A stretch of DNA of 64,000 nucleotides from Eledone cirrhosa (GCA_964016885.1 OZ024742.1:11532001-11596000); one strand, 5' to 3'; positions 1-11,065 are shown, counted from the stretch's first letter. Numbers and translations: made by a program. Notes: generated from the letters alone by a model not told the origin.

Positions 1-188
1 TATATTATATGTGATGTATGTATAAAGGTAGTTAGGCAGACAGGAACATCGATACACGTACAGTACAAGAAACATATGTATATAACTACAATGTATAGGA
101 TTGTGGATATAGAGAGCAGGTGGAATAACACATACATGTAAAACAAGTATGTATATATGCTTGCACATACACATACACTCACACATAT

Positions 189-262
<74 letters not shown>

Positions 263-267
<5 letters not shown>

Positions 268-362
268 ATAAAGGAGCAAAACAGGGAATGCACAAATACG
301 CTGTTGTATTAGCTTCACGCTTGGAAATGAAGGAGGGTTCGATGTTTCGGACAGACGTCCTT
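263..362 (-). mobile_element. PLE-type terminal-repeat remnant with 3' half of a hammerhead (stem II GGAC-gtct-GTCC, GAAACATC); CUGAUGA lost at the junction with the next element
   Basis: Aligns by eye with 14522-14580 (tattagYtt...gcttg...atgtttcgg...gtcctt), where the full HHR core is present; abuts (TA)n. Confidence 0.55.
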
Positions 363-365
363 GTA

Positions 366-550
366 TTCAAAAGTAGAGTTGAGATGGTGGTTCTGTGGTT
401 TTTCCCATGTGAGAAAAACCACAGACCCTCCATCTCAACTCTACTTTTGAAAGGCAGAAGAACTGCGAAACCGGTAAAGGAACCAAATAAATATTTATAT
501 TTTTTTTAAAATAAGACTCCAGTTGCATTTTCGATTTCATCTTTTTTTCT
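366..550 (+). mobile_element. Fold-back mini-element (inverted arms ~366-399 / 413-451) carrying a variant hammerhead
   Basis: Near-perfect inverted repeat; second family member on minus strand at 1762-1888; ends in (TA)n. Confidence 0.65.
444..479 (+). ncRNA. Minimal type I hammerhead-like motif, U3-A8 core variant
   Basis: CTT-TTGAAAG-GCAG-aagaa-CTGC-GAAA-CCGG-TA-AAG: stems I and II pair, palindromic ACCGGT stem III, GUA site; A9 is G in this copy. Confidence 0.55.
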
Positions 551-575
551 ATATATATAATATATATATATATGC

Positions 576-610
<35 letters not shown>

Positions 611-666
611 TATATATAAGAAAATGGAGTGCTGCGTGGTTGCACATGGGTTACACATGTATATAT

Positions 667-701
<35 letters not shown>

Positions 702-908
702 AAATATTAAACAAATAATGAACAAACAATTCCTTATATTAAACAAAAAAAGTTCACTATTTAACGATCGTTTCTAGGGTATACATGTGTTATAATTGGT
801 ATGCATATTTAACAGATCTATGTACAAAATTATACAAAATTATACAAATTATCAAGATTAAATATACATACCTAACTCATATATACAATGTAGAAACAAA
901 AATAATGC

Positions 909-1225
909 TATATAGCATAAGATGTACTGAAGGACAATGTAGAAACAAAAATATAGTGTACATAGGTGAGACAGCTCGTAGTATAGGGGAACGAATAAAT
1001 GAACACTGGCGAGACCTCCAAGATAGTAAAGAATCATCTGTGCTCTACCAACATGCTAAGATAGAACACAGGGGTAAATTAGAGAGCATAGAAATAAAAA
1101 TAGAATCCACACACAAGAAAGACGCAATGTTTAGGCAAATTACAGAGGCAGTAAGCATAAAAGAATTAAAACCAAAATTAAATAGAAAATATGAGTGGAA
1201 CAGCAACATCACAACTTACAATTAA
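909..1225 (+). pseudogene. PLE GIY-YIG endonuclease C-terminal fragment
   Basis: YSIRCTEGQC..IVYIGETARSIGERINEH..SVLYQHAKIEH..RQITEAVSI..LNRKYEWN: YIGET, conserved R/E/N and CCHH pattern of PLE endonucleases. Confidence 0.88.
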
Positions 1226-1522
1226 GGACAAAATGAAAACACACACACACATAGAACAAACAACTTACAATTGAAAACACACACAAAATGAAAACACACA
1301 CAAGACAAAATGAAAACACACACACACATAGAACAAACAACCAACCAACAACAAATAAATAAATAAACAAACAAATATAAATAGAAAAATAGAAAAATGA
1401 ACACAAACACACACAGACACCCGGATGTGGCGCATGCGCAAACTGAACACGCAACCCACACACAAACAAAATGGCGTAGGATAGAAGAAAGGAAAGGCAC
1501 AGAAACGAAGAAAGAAATCCCC

Positions 1523-1567
1523 AGTCACTGAAGAGGTCACAGAGTGTGTGACGAAAGAACTATGACT
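1523..1567 (+). ncRNA. Minimal type I hammerhead ribozyme
   Basis: AGTCA-CTGAAGA-G-GTCACA-gagtg-TGTGAC-GAAA-GAAC-TA-TGACT: 5-bp stem I, 6-bp stem II, intact core, predicted CUA cleavage after 1562. Confidence 0.85.
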
Positions 1568-1718
1568 ATATATATATAAACAACTATCTGGTTGTGGAAC
1601 CAACCAACCAACCAGAAATTTATAAATTTGTAAATTTATAAATATATATTAAATTAAATTGAAGTGAAAGCAACTGGTGCGTGTGTTTCTTATTGGCAAC
1701 ATGACCCTCCCAAAGTAT

Positions 1719-1757
<39 letters not shown>

Positions 1758-1761
1758 TATA

Positions 1762-1881
1762 AGGAAAAGAAGTCGAAAACGCAACTGGAGTCTTTTTAAG
1801 AATATTTATTTGTTTCCTTTACCGGTTTCACAGTTCTTATGCTTTTGAAAAGTAGATTTGAGAATATGGGTTTGTGGTTTT

Positions 1882-1888
<7 letters not shown>
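1762..1888 (-). mobile_element. Diverged copy of the 407-545 element with decayed U3-A8 HHR
   Basis: Reverse complement reads gagaaaaaccacaaaccc...ctacttttcaaaagcataagaactgtgaaaccggtaaagg...; (TA)n on both sides. Confidence 0.75.
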
Positions 1889-1916
<28 letters not shown>

Positions 1917-1941
1917 TGTAATAAACAACATAAGATAATTA

Positions 1942-2002
1942 TTTCATTTACCAGTGGTTTCTTGAAAGCAAACACAATTTGCTTTCAGTCATCAGAATAA
2001 AA
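1942..2002 (-). ncRNA. Type I hammerhead ribozyme in a (TA)n-flanked remnant (~1912-2125)
   Basis: Minus strand TTTTATT-CTGATGA-C-TGAAAGCAAA-ttgtg-TTTGCTTTCA-A-GAAA-CC-act-GG-TA-AATGAAA: 10-bp stem II, 3-bp stem III, GUA site; C.A mismatch at base of stem II. Confidence 0.75.
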
Positions 2003-2140
2003 AAATCCTGTTATATTTATTGACAGTGGATTTTAAAAACAAAAAAAAACATTAACTATTAAGCTCTGTAACCTACATAGAGCACTCTTTTTTCCTGGAC
2101 CTTTCCGACGGAATTACTTCGCATACATATATATATATAT

Positions 2141-2338
2141 ATAGGAGAAAGTATGACCCCGACGGCAGAGCTCAAGCCGTTTCGACGGCTATTTCTGGAC
2201 TAGAAATAGCCGTCGAAACGGCTTGAGCTCTGCCGTCGGAGTCATACTTTCTCCTATTACCCACTCTACTACCCTAAGTATTGAGTACTCTGGTGCGTTA
2301 TGATCCATCTGGTTCCTTACCACAACTACTTCATTAAT
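2141..2338 (+). mobile_element. Fold-back PLE-type mini-element (arms 2141-2196 / 2202-2257) with HHR 3' half
   Basis: Near-perfect hairpin; GAAA-CGGC-ttgagctct-GCCG-TC = stem III + GUC; relatives at 8872-8998 and 13071-13264; (TA)n on both sides. Confidence 0.75.
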
Positions 2339-2479
2339 TATATATATATATATATATACATGGTATTCCACTCACTCAATGTGATAATAAGCATACAGTT
2401 GAGAAACTGTATGCTTATTATCCAGAGTGAACACATAATAGTTAGTAAGTATTATGGCAGTGTTTTGGTAAATATACCT

Positions 2480-2529
<50 letters not shown>

Positions 2530-2584
2530 TGTATATATATATATATGTGTGGGTGTGGGTGTGGGTGTATATATATATATATTT

Positions 2585-3253
2585 GCCCATTATACAGGAG
2601 CAAATCATGGAATAGCTTAGATAGAGCTAGACATAAGATAGGGAAAGCCACCTCATGGTACGACAACCAGAGATACCAGAGTGTCATGTTAGTGGACGCT
2701 ACCCCTGGAGGGAAATTAGCTAACCAGTGTAGAAAGGCCCTGAGAAAGACCCGCTTAAAGATTAAGGTGGCAGAAAAGCCAGGAACCACCATAAAATCCC
2801 TAATCAGCAAAACCTACCCTTTTAAGAAAACCCACTGTACTAATAGGAAATGTATCATATGTAAGGTAAACCCCCGGATAAACTGTAAAACTAGAAACGT
2901 AGTCTATAGCATAAGATGTACAGAGGGTACTTGCGGGAAACATGACAACAACGTACATATGCGAGACAGCTCGTAGCATAGGTGAAAGGATAGACCAACA
3001 CTGGGGGGATCTAAAAGGACGAAAAAACGGTTCAGTACTATACGAACATGCCAGACAACAACACGACGGTAACATAGACAACATAGAAATTAGAATAATA
3101 TCTAAACATAGAAATGACCCAGCAGATAGGCAAATCAGAGAGGCCAGCGAAATAGAACTTCGAAGGCCAAGGCTAAACAGAAAAATTGAATGGAATAACA
3201 ACAACACCCAAACAAACAACACTGACCTAAGAGAAGTATCAATAAATAAATAA
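2585..3253 (+). pseudogene. PLE polyprotein C-terminus (linker, Cys cluster, GIY-YIG), frameshifted near 2950
   Basis: PLYRSKSW..WY..VDATPGGKL..CTNRKCIIC..CKTRNVVYSIRCTEGTC, then in another frame YICETARSIGERIDQH..RQIREASEI..LNRKIEWN; homologous to 909-1225. Confidence 0.88.
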
Positions 3254-3505
3254 ATAGATAAATAAATAAATAAATACATACACAAGCACAATAACAACAA
3301 ACACATAAAAATACACACTAGTAAAGAAAGAATACATTAACCAATACACAGTCACCCAATCACGAACACACATCAAACAAAGTACTATACACACATGCAA
3401 ACGCATGCGCAAAGAAGACAAAATAAAATAAACAAATAAATAAATATATAAACAGACTATATAAAGATGGCGTAGAAAATACAATGCAACGGGAGGAAAC
3501 AATAG

Positions 3506-3549
3506 CACCACTGACGATGTTGCAGATGTGCAACGAAAGAACTTTGATA
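3506..3549 (+). ncRNA. Minimal type I hammerhead motif of PLE copy 2
   Basis: CACCA-CTGACGA-T-GTTGCA-gatg-TGCAAC-GAAA-GAAC-TT-TGATA: core and stem II intact, stem I weak; same position as HHR in copy 1. Confidence 0.7.
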
Positions 3550-3953
3550 AACTATATATATGTGTTTGTGTCTATATTGAATTTGTGTTATTTTTTACCG
3601 TTGGTCAGTCAATGGCAACTTTGAGGACCAAATAAATTAAATTAACCGATATAAAAGACACAGAAACGAAAAGCGAAAACCAACCAAACAGTGAGTGTGT
3701 TCTGTTATTAATTCTTGCAATATTACACAAATATGACCCTCCCCAAGTATAACAATATATATATATATATATATACATACGGTAAACATTGATGCAATTC
3801 AATTCAAGCCCTCAATGTATTTTTTTTTTATTTGAAATATTTATCACAGCATTATCAATAAAGGATTTTAACATCTGAAACTACTTCGCATTTTCTTATA
3901 CTCTCTCTCTCTCTCTCTCTCTTCCTCTCTCTCTCTCTCTCCCTCTCTCTCTC

Positions 3954-4018
<65 letters not shown>

Positions 4019-4857
4019 ACTTTAGCTAACACCAGCAGCAACAGAAGCAGCAGTAACAACAGTGAGCTATGCTACCATCAATAGAAACAATAACAACATC
4101 ATTACCAATGTTAACATCAACAACTTACCAACTCTACACAACTGAAATAGATCTCACCATTAAACCCGGATATCCGGTAAATATTTCTATGCACCACAGA
4201 ACAAAGAGTAAAATAATATATAGAGAAATTACCAGCAAGCAAGAACAACAATATCAACTAGAACAACATTGGAAACATCACACCACATATCATAACAACA
4301 GGCACAGATTATATATCTCCGTTTTAAAACCAACCAAACGTATTTCGAAATATCCCGTAAAACAGCCACAGAACCCTCGGAGTAAAGATACGACAAATAC
4401 ACAAGGTTCATCCATATAAGGTCACCATTCCTTCCATCAAACATTTTCCCAGATCTTATTGTTCCCTCCTTTCATCAAACATTCACCCACATCATGTCGT
4501 TCGCTTCATTGATGCACTCCTCTTGGCGTAGCATCGTCGGGTTACTTCAAGCCCTGTTGTTAGTTTCATTGAAATACTGTGATTTTGCATCCAAACGGCG
4601 AGCCAATATAGAGTCACTTGTTTAGCTAGAAATAGCAGCGAAATTATCTAAATGTCAATCAAATCACGCTCCACATTCATACACATACAAAGAATCATTA
4701 CATAACGTACTGTTTGATATATTATTTCTTATGAAAAAGAAGTCACGTTGGTCATGGTAGACGATCTTTGATCTGAGATTTTATCTTGAAAGTCGGATTT
4801 CTGATAATTAGCAACAACATCAGCAACACTAAGAAACTTTTAGATTGAATCTAAAGT

Positions 4858-5010
4858 CTCTCTCAAGCCAGAAGGCCCGTCACGCTGGAGCTTATCCTGG
4901 TTTAGTGGCGTGAAACGACTGAGAGTACAAGACCCCCCCCCCCCCTGGACAAGGCGCCAGTCTATCGCAGGGTTAATCCCTCATCTATTGCTGCTAGTAC
5001 TCATTTTCAG
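4858..5010 (-). mobile_element. SINE-like fragment, apparently interrupted by the SINE at 5011
   Basis: Ends ...tactcattttcagc and appears to resume at ~5468 (actggaacaacgtgaaataaa), the reverse complement of the SINE core seen at 5105-5148. Confidence 0.5.
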
Positions 5011-5466
5011 CGCATGGCTTAGTGGTTAGAGCATTGGGCTTGCAATTGAAAGGTTGTGGGTTCAATTCTCAGACCGGGTGATGTGTTGTTTCTTTGAGCA
5101 AGACACTTTATTTCACATTGCTCCAGTTTACTCAGCTGTAGAAATGAGATGATAGGACTGGGGTCCCTATCATTCCACTGCAAAGTGGTCATAGAGGTGC
5201 CACGGGAAAAAAGCACCCAGCCCACACTGTAAAGTGGATGTGTAGGCGCCATGGAAAAAAAGCACCCAGCACACACTGTAAATGAGGTTGGTGTTGGGAA
5301 GGGCATCCAGCTGTAGAAATCAAGCCAGAGTCATTTCCCGTATGAGCAAGACAAGGTCACCCGACCGGACACTGCCCACAACAGGACAACCCGTCTAACC
5401 CATGCTAGCGTGGAAGAACGGACGTAAAACGGTGATGATGATGATGATGATGATCATGATGATGAT
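5011..5466 (+). mobile_element. tRNA-derived SINE, near full length, (GAT)n tail
   Basis: A box TGGCTTAGTGG, B box GGTTCAATTC, core ttgagcaagacactttatttcac, internal ~50-bp tandem duplication (5199-5285); other copies at 9101 and 14108. Confidence 0.85.
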
Positions 5467-6854
5467 ATACTGGAACAACGTGAAATAAAATGTTTTGATT
5501 GAATGCCTCTCAATAACATAACATGTACAGTTTTGATCTGCCAACAACTCTATATATGTTCAGTACTAAAATAACTGCAGCAGCTCTGTCAAAATATGTA
5601 TAATATGAATTTTTTTAACAACATTGATCGAATATTCTAAATTTATTCTGGCAATTTAACAGACTCTATAATCTGGTGGCGTTATAACGACAACGACCTT
5701 TCCTATCTAACGCCACGATCTATCATAGCAGAAGACAATGGCATCTTAAATTACAGAGAGCAAAGTTATGGTGGCGTTAGTAAAATGATATCTAGAGAAA
5801 CAACGAGGGTGGGGTGGGGCACTGTTGGTTGTTCTTATTTCTTGTTTTATTTTATTTAGAATTGTATTTTTGTGAACAATAACGTCCATGGTTATATGTT
5901 GCTGATTCGCTACGCTTATCATAGATAGATTGATACGGGAGCATCTGTACAACTCTGACGGAGCAATTATCACAATCAATTTTGGTTCGAAATAAATGAA
6001 TTATCAGTTTAATAGCGGTTTGTCTTTTACGTGTTTCGCCGATGTATCTTTGTGAGAGACAAGCAGGCACATACATACACATGCATACACGCATACGTAA
6101 AGGGCTGTAATTATATATCTTATATGGGCAATTGTTTTAAAATCCCCAAATATTCAAAACTGTAGTGCTTTGAGGCTCTTTGATTGTTATGTCTAACAGA
6201 TCAGAGGACTGAACAGCTAACCCCTCAATCACTTGTATTGATTTAATAGTAAGGATTGAGGTTATCATTTAGAAGATCCATCTGCTACCAATTCTCTTTT
6301 AGTGGAAAACCTGTTCCATTAAGGAATAAACATTTATTGAGGTCGAGACATTTATTAGATGAAATCATTCATCGGTGAATGATTCCAGTCGTCATTTGGA
6401 ACAACGATTATCCAATTTCCTTGCTCAAGTTGGAGCTGTGTGTAGATCATAAACGATAGGTTACCACTTGAAATAGATTAATATGAACGGCAACATTTAC
6501 TGACCAATTAGTTGCTTCTTAGCTTGAACATTTACGACCAATTATCTGCTTTCTATTGTAGATTAAAGCAGAGAGTTTCATTAATAACCTGCATGTTATA
6601 GCAGCCATAAACGAGACCAAATTATCGTGTTTGATCCATAAAATATTCATTAAAGTTATGTTATATATTTTAAAAACATTCCTGAGGTGTAAGGTCCCCC
6701 GAAATACTAATATTTCCTGTCCTGCCTTACAAACACACAGGATCAATTTGTCACGGAATCAAGATGAAACAGCCTGGACCACTTTACTCTTTATTTATTT
6801 ATTAGTTTGTTTATTTATTCTTATTCTTCTTTTTCTTTTCCTTCTTTCTCTCTC

Positions 6855-7060
6855 ACTTATTCCTGGAATGGACGTGGGTGGCAGAGCCCACAAACACCTC
6901 CTTCCAGCGGGTCCTGTCAGAAGCAACCGTCTCCAACTGATCTGGCTGGATCACCAAGCGAGACCAGCCGATCTTATGGATATTATCCAACCATTTTGCC
7001 TGGAGTCTACTCCTGGGTATCATACCGGCTGGTTTTACCCGTTGGTTTTGGCAGTGTCTG
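6855..7060 (-). mobile_element. 3' end of an RTE-like LINE
   Basis: ..AKWLDNIHKIGWSRL..LETVASDRTRWKE resembles RTE C-termini; homologous copy at 20020-20115. Confidence 0.55.
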
Positions 7061-7074
7061 TAGAGCATCGGACA

Positions 7075-7250
7075 ACATGCTTTGGGGTATAGTTACGAAC
7101 TTTTAAGTTATGGGTTCAAATCCTGCCGAGGATAGGTTTGCTTTTTACCCTTAAAACGTCGATAAAATAAAGTACCAATAATTCACTGTGGTCGATGAAA
7201 TCGACCTTCCCCTTCCCTTCAGATTGCTGGCCTTGTGCCTAAATCAGTAT
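7075..7250 (+). mobile_element. SINE family 2 (gttcaaatcc..gagg..tttgc..gtcgataaaataaagtacca..ttgctggccttgtgcctaaa)
   Basis: B-box-like motif and body shared with copies at 19140, 21960, 32332, 40362 and 48141-48650; a decayed minus copy lies at ~7380-7500. Confidence 0.75.
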
Positions 7251-7844
7251 CCATTTTATATAAACTTGTTTCTGCTGATTGATTAGCACCTAATTGGAGA
7301 TATCTTATGGGTCAAATAAATATAGATTCTAAAATAGGCTTCAGCCAAACATTTTTTGGTGGGTTGAGATGAAGTTAGTTAAATCAACCCCATTAATGTA
7401 CCTTATTATATCGATCCAGGGAGGTGGAAAAATAATGTTGACCTCGGGAGTATTAGAACTCAGAAATTAAAGAGCCTCAGCTAAATATTGAACTATATTT
7501 TGTCTCATTATAGTCTCGGGCCGAAGCAAGGCCTTAACTGGGAAGACGAAAACTAGGCGAAAGCCTACCCGTTGGATTGTATCTACAATTCAAAATCGAG
7601 ATTTTTCACACAACACGTGTCAGTGATTCTAGTGGAGACTGACGTTAAAGGCACACATGTACATGGAATTATTTGCCTTCGAAATATAATTCCTTCGCAT
7701 AATTGTGTTAACATCTGATGATGTCACACCAGTGCCGGTTGTTGTCGTACTCATTGCATAACAACCGCATACTAGTGTCGCTGAAGTACGTATTATTCAA
7801 TAAATACGATCATTTAACATCTGTGTTAACGTTAGTTTATATCG

Positions 7845-7932
<88 letters not shown>

Positions 7933-7962
7933 TTTCATATAGGAAGCTTTTCCATATTAAAC

Positions 7963-8860
7963 ATAGGTGGGTCAGAAAAGTTCCAGGAGGACTGATGTCA
8001 CAAAAGATTTATTTCAAACCCAAACTTCACACTAAGAGTTTTCTCCTTCAAAGTAATTCCCCTGGAGTATGTAACTGTAATCTTAACTCTCTGTAACGAT
8101 CAAACTTTTTTCGTCATAATTTTATATACATGTCCTCTGTTTCAGGTCGTCAAGCAATGAGCACAGAGCAACGGATAAACTTGAAAACTCCGTCAGAAAC
8201 ACTGGGATTGCTGCAGCAAGTGTATGGAGATGAGGCGATGTCATACTCACGTGTTTTTGAGTGGTGCTAGAGGTTTAAAGAAGGACGCGAGGACGTGGAA
8301 GATGACCCAGAAGCGGAAGGCCCTCAACAACCAGGACTGAGGTCAACGTTGAGCGCGTCAGGCAGGTGGTGCATAGCGATCGTCGCTTGACTGTTCGATT
8401 GATGGCAAATGAGCTGGGCATGAATCGGGACAGGGTCTGGAAGATTCTCACTGAATATTTGGACATGTGGAAAGTCTGCGCGAAGATGGTGCCAAAACTG
8501 CTGAACGATGACCAGAAGGGTCGACGCATGCAAGTGTGACAGGACATCCTCGAGCGTCTTGAAAGCGAACCAGACTTGCTAGGGGCAGTCATCACCGGTG
8601 ATGAGTCATGGATCTTCGAGTACGACCCGGAGGGGACCCGTTTTGAAGACGTAGACGACATCAAAAAGGCCGTGACGACGGAACTGCGGAGGACCCCGGA
8701 TGAATCCTTCCAGGAGTGCGTGCAAGCGTAGCAGAAAAGGATGGAAAAGTGCATTAGACTCCAGGGGGATTACTTTGAAGGAGAAAACTGTTAGTGTGAA
8801 GTTTGGGTTTCAAATAAATATTTTGTGAGATCAGTCCTGGAACTTTTCTGACCGACCTCG
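7963..8860 (+). mobile_element. Internally deleted mariner (Tc1/mariner) DNA transposon with ~105-bp TIRs
   Basis: TIRs 7963-8069 / 8758-8860, right end followed by TA; transposase remnant inside. Confidence 0.92.
8157..8794 (+). pseudogene. Mariner transposase pseudogene
   Basis: MSTEQRINLK..VYGDEAMS..RFKEGREDVEDD/PRSGRPST..AKMVPKLL..VITGDESWIFEYDP/..RFEDVDDIK..CIRLQGDYFEGEN; stops, frameshifts, and the catalytic core after the first Asp deleted. Confidence 0.92.
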
Positions 8861-8871
8861 TATATATATAT

Positions 8872-8996
8872 ATAACGAAGGAAGTGTGGTAAGGAACCAG
8901 GTGGACCATAACGCACCAAAAATAGTTCAGAATATGAGTCCAGAAATAGCCGTCGAAACGGCTTGAGCTCTGCCGTCGGGGTCCTGACTATTTTCC

Positions 8997-8998
<2 letters not shown>
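8872..8998. mobile_element. Deleted derivative of the 2141/13071 fold-back family
   Basis: Shares tail (gtggtaaggaacc..accataacgcacca) and tagccgtcgaaacggcttgagctctgccgtcgggg; (TA)n flanks. Confidence 0.75.
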
Positions 8999-9030
<32 letters not shown>

Positions 9031-9100
9031 AAGGTTTAGCTGGCCTCCTCCAAGGTATATCTCGTTGGAGGTGTCTTGGGTAATTTAATGATAGGGACCC

Positions 9101-9243
9101 CTCATTTGTACAGCTGAGTAAACTGGAGCAATGTGAAATAAAGTGTCTTGCTCAAGGAAACAACACATCAGCCGGTCTGAGAATTGAACTCACAACCTTT
9201 CTATTGCAAGGCCAATGCTCTAACCACTAAGCCATGTGCCTAC
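9101..9243 (-). mobile_element. tRNA-derived SINE 5' portion
   Basis: Close reverse complement of 5011-5148. Confidence 0.85.
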
Positions 9244-9363
9244 CGGAAGTATATACATCGGGTCCCAACACTTTATAATTTAGCCATACTCTATTACCTC
9301 AAGTATGGACTATTCTGTTGAGTAATGGTCTAACCAGTTTCAAACCGGTTCTATCTTGATATA

Positions 9364-9469
<106 letters not shown>

Positions 9470-9970
9470 AGATTATACAGACGCATAATAGCGTAAAAGG
9501 TGAGAAGCAAGGATGTGATTCACAGATGTTTGACGACGATCTTTGACAAAGTCTCTTATAAAGAAATTATATATGACACATGAGTATGTTAGTGTGTCAT
9601 GGCAGGTAGAGGCGCTAAATTATTGATAAGGGACAGAGAAAGGTTTGCAGACGATCAAAATATCCAACTAAACTGCGCAATATGACAATTTACGTATCAT
9701 AAATATAGATTCTCCTTGTTATATTCAATGATATACAGTTTTTTACTTCAAATATTCCTTTTAAAACTCATGATGATGTAGATTTTGGTGATTTTATACT
9801 TTTTATAAGGCAAGTCGTCACACATACACACACATACAAACACACATACACACACACATACACACATACACTCATATATATGGGGTGGGTGGGTTTGTGT
9901 GATTGTATATATATATATATATATATACCAAGATAATAATAAATGGAAACTATATTTATAAAACCATATT

Positions 9971-10035
9971 TATTTTATTATATATATTTCAAAGGCAACC
10001 AAGCCAATCTTGGTGCGCTTTCATCAGATAAAATA
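9971..10035 (-). ncRNA. Type I hammerhead motif (inverted arm copy)
   Basis: Minus strand TATTTTAT-CTGATGA-aagcgcACCAAG-attgg-CTTGGTtgccttt-GAAA-TATATA-TA-ATAAAATA. Confidence 0.7.
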
Positions 10036-10124
10036 CAAAATTTGTTTTTTATAAATAACGACATACCCATGGAAATCACACCTTAACGGTCCAAAATTTC
10101 GCTGGATAGCGAAAACAAATTTTG

Positions 10125-10189
10125 TATTTTATCTGATGAAAACGCACCAAGATTGCCTTGGTCGCCCTTGAAATATATATAATAAAATA
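10125..10189 (+). ncRNA. Type I hammerhead motif
   Basis: 8-bp stem I TATTTTAT/ATAAAATA, CTGATGA, imperfect long stem II (ACCAAG/CTTGGT), GAAA, palindromic TATATA stem III, AUA site. Confidence 0.7.
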
Positions 10190-10320
10190 AATATGGTTTT
10201 ATAAATATAGTTTCCATTTATTATTATCTTGAAATATTTACTCCAGTAACTTGTTGAGTGCTCTATATCAGTTATAAACATTTATGTTTGTCGGAATTCC
10301 AACAAATTAAATACAACTCC

Positions 10321-10384
<64 letters not shown>

Positions 10385-10410
10385 ATATATTAAATATATA
10401 CAGACAGACA

Positions 10411-10509
<99 letters not shown>

Positions 10510-10599
10510 CTTTTCAATATAAATATAGTTATTGTTACTAACATTATAACTATCATTAATATTTTGATTATTATTATTATTTTTATCACCATAATCACT

Positions 10600-10617
10600 A
10601 CAACTACCACTAATACG

Positions 10618-10687
<70 letters not shown>

Positions 10688-10937
10688 TTGCCACCATTGT
10701 TTTTATAATAGAATTCTGTAATTCTTGTTGATGGAAACTTTGCTCAGTCTTGTCTTCTAGTCTGACTTTCTAACGTGTTTGTAGAGTTTGTCACATCTTT
10801 GAAAAACCTGTTCGTCCTCTTCCTCTTCTTACAGTATCATCACCATCATTAACAACACCATCATCATTATCATCACCACCACCATCACCATCATCATCAT
10901 CATCATCACCACCACCATCACCACCACCACCACCACC

Positions 10938-11010
<73 letters not shown>

Positions 11011-11065
11011 CCACCATCATCATCACCATCATTATTGTTATTATTGTTATTATTGTTATTATTAT
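10600..11065. repeat. (ACT)n, (CAT/CAC)n and (ATT/GTT)n triplet microsatellites
   Basis: Direct inspection. Confidence 0.95.

Larger units (their letters stand above)
886..1724 (+). mobile_element. 5'-truncated Penelope-like retroelement copy 1 (GIY-YIG end + 3' terminal repeat with HHR)
   Basis: Endonuclease ORF, then A-rich UTR, HHR at 1523, terminus atgaccctcccaaagtataacaa(TA)n shared with copy 2. Confidence 0.85.
2583..3755 (+). mobile_element. 5'-truncated Penelope-like retroelement copy 2
   Basis: Linker + Cys cluster + GIY-YIG, 3' repeat with HHR, terminus atgaccctccccaagtataacaa; (TA)n on both sides. Confidence 0.9.
9929..10323 (+). mobile_element. Fold-back PLE-type element (arms 9929-10048 / 10112-10231) with an HHR in each arm
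   Basis: ~120-bp inverted arms, tail containing gagtgctc, (TA)n on both sides. Confidence 0.8.

Noticed and set aside
2585-3500. Selenoprotein-type PLE (in-frame UGA plus SECIS)
   Set aside because: No in-frame TGA replacing Cys in the visible fragments and no recognisable SECIS hairpin by eye
5011-5080. tRNA gene (also 9170-9243 and 14108-14175)
   Set aside because: A/B boxes continue into a SINE body; no convincing cloverleaf or terminator
7715-7795. Hammerhead candidate CTGATGA + long hairpin + GAAGTACGTA
   Set aside because: GAAA box imperfect and no stem I pairing found; possibly a decayed motif but not supportable
8275-8754. 159-aa minus-strand ORF
   Set aside because: Antisense shadow of the mariner transposase pseudogene
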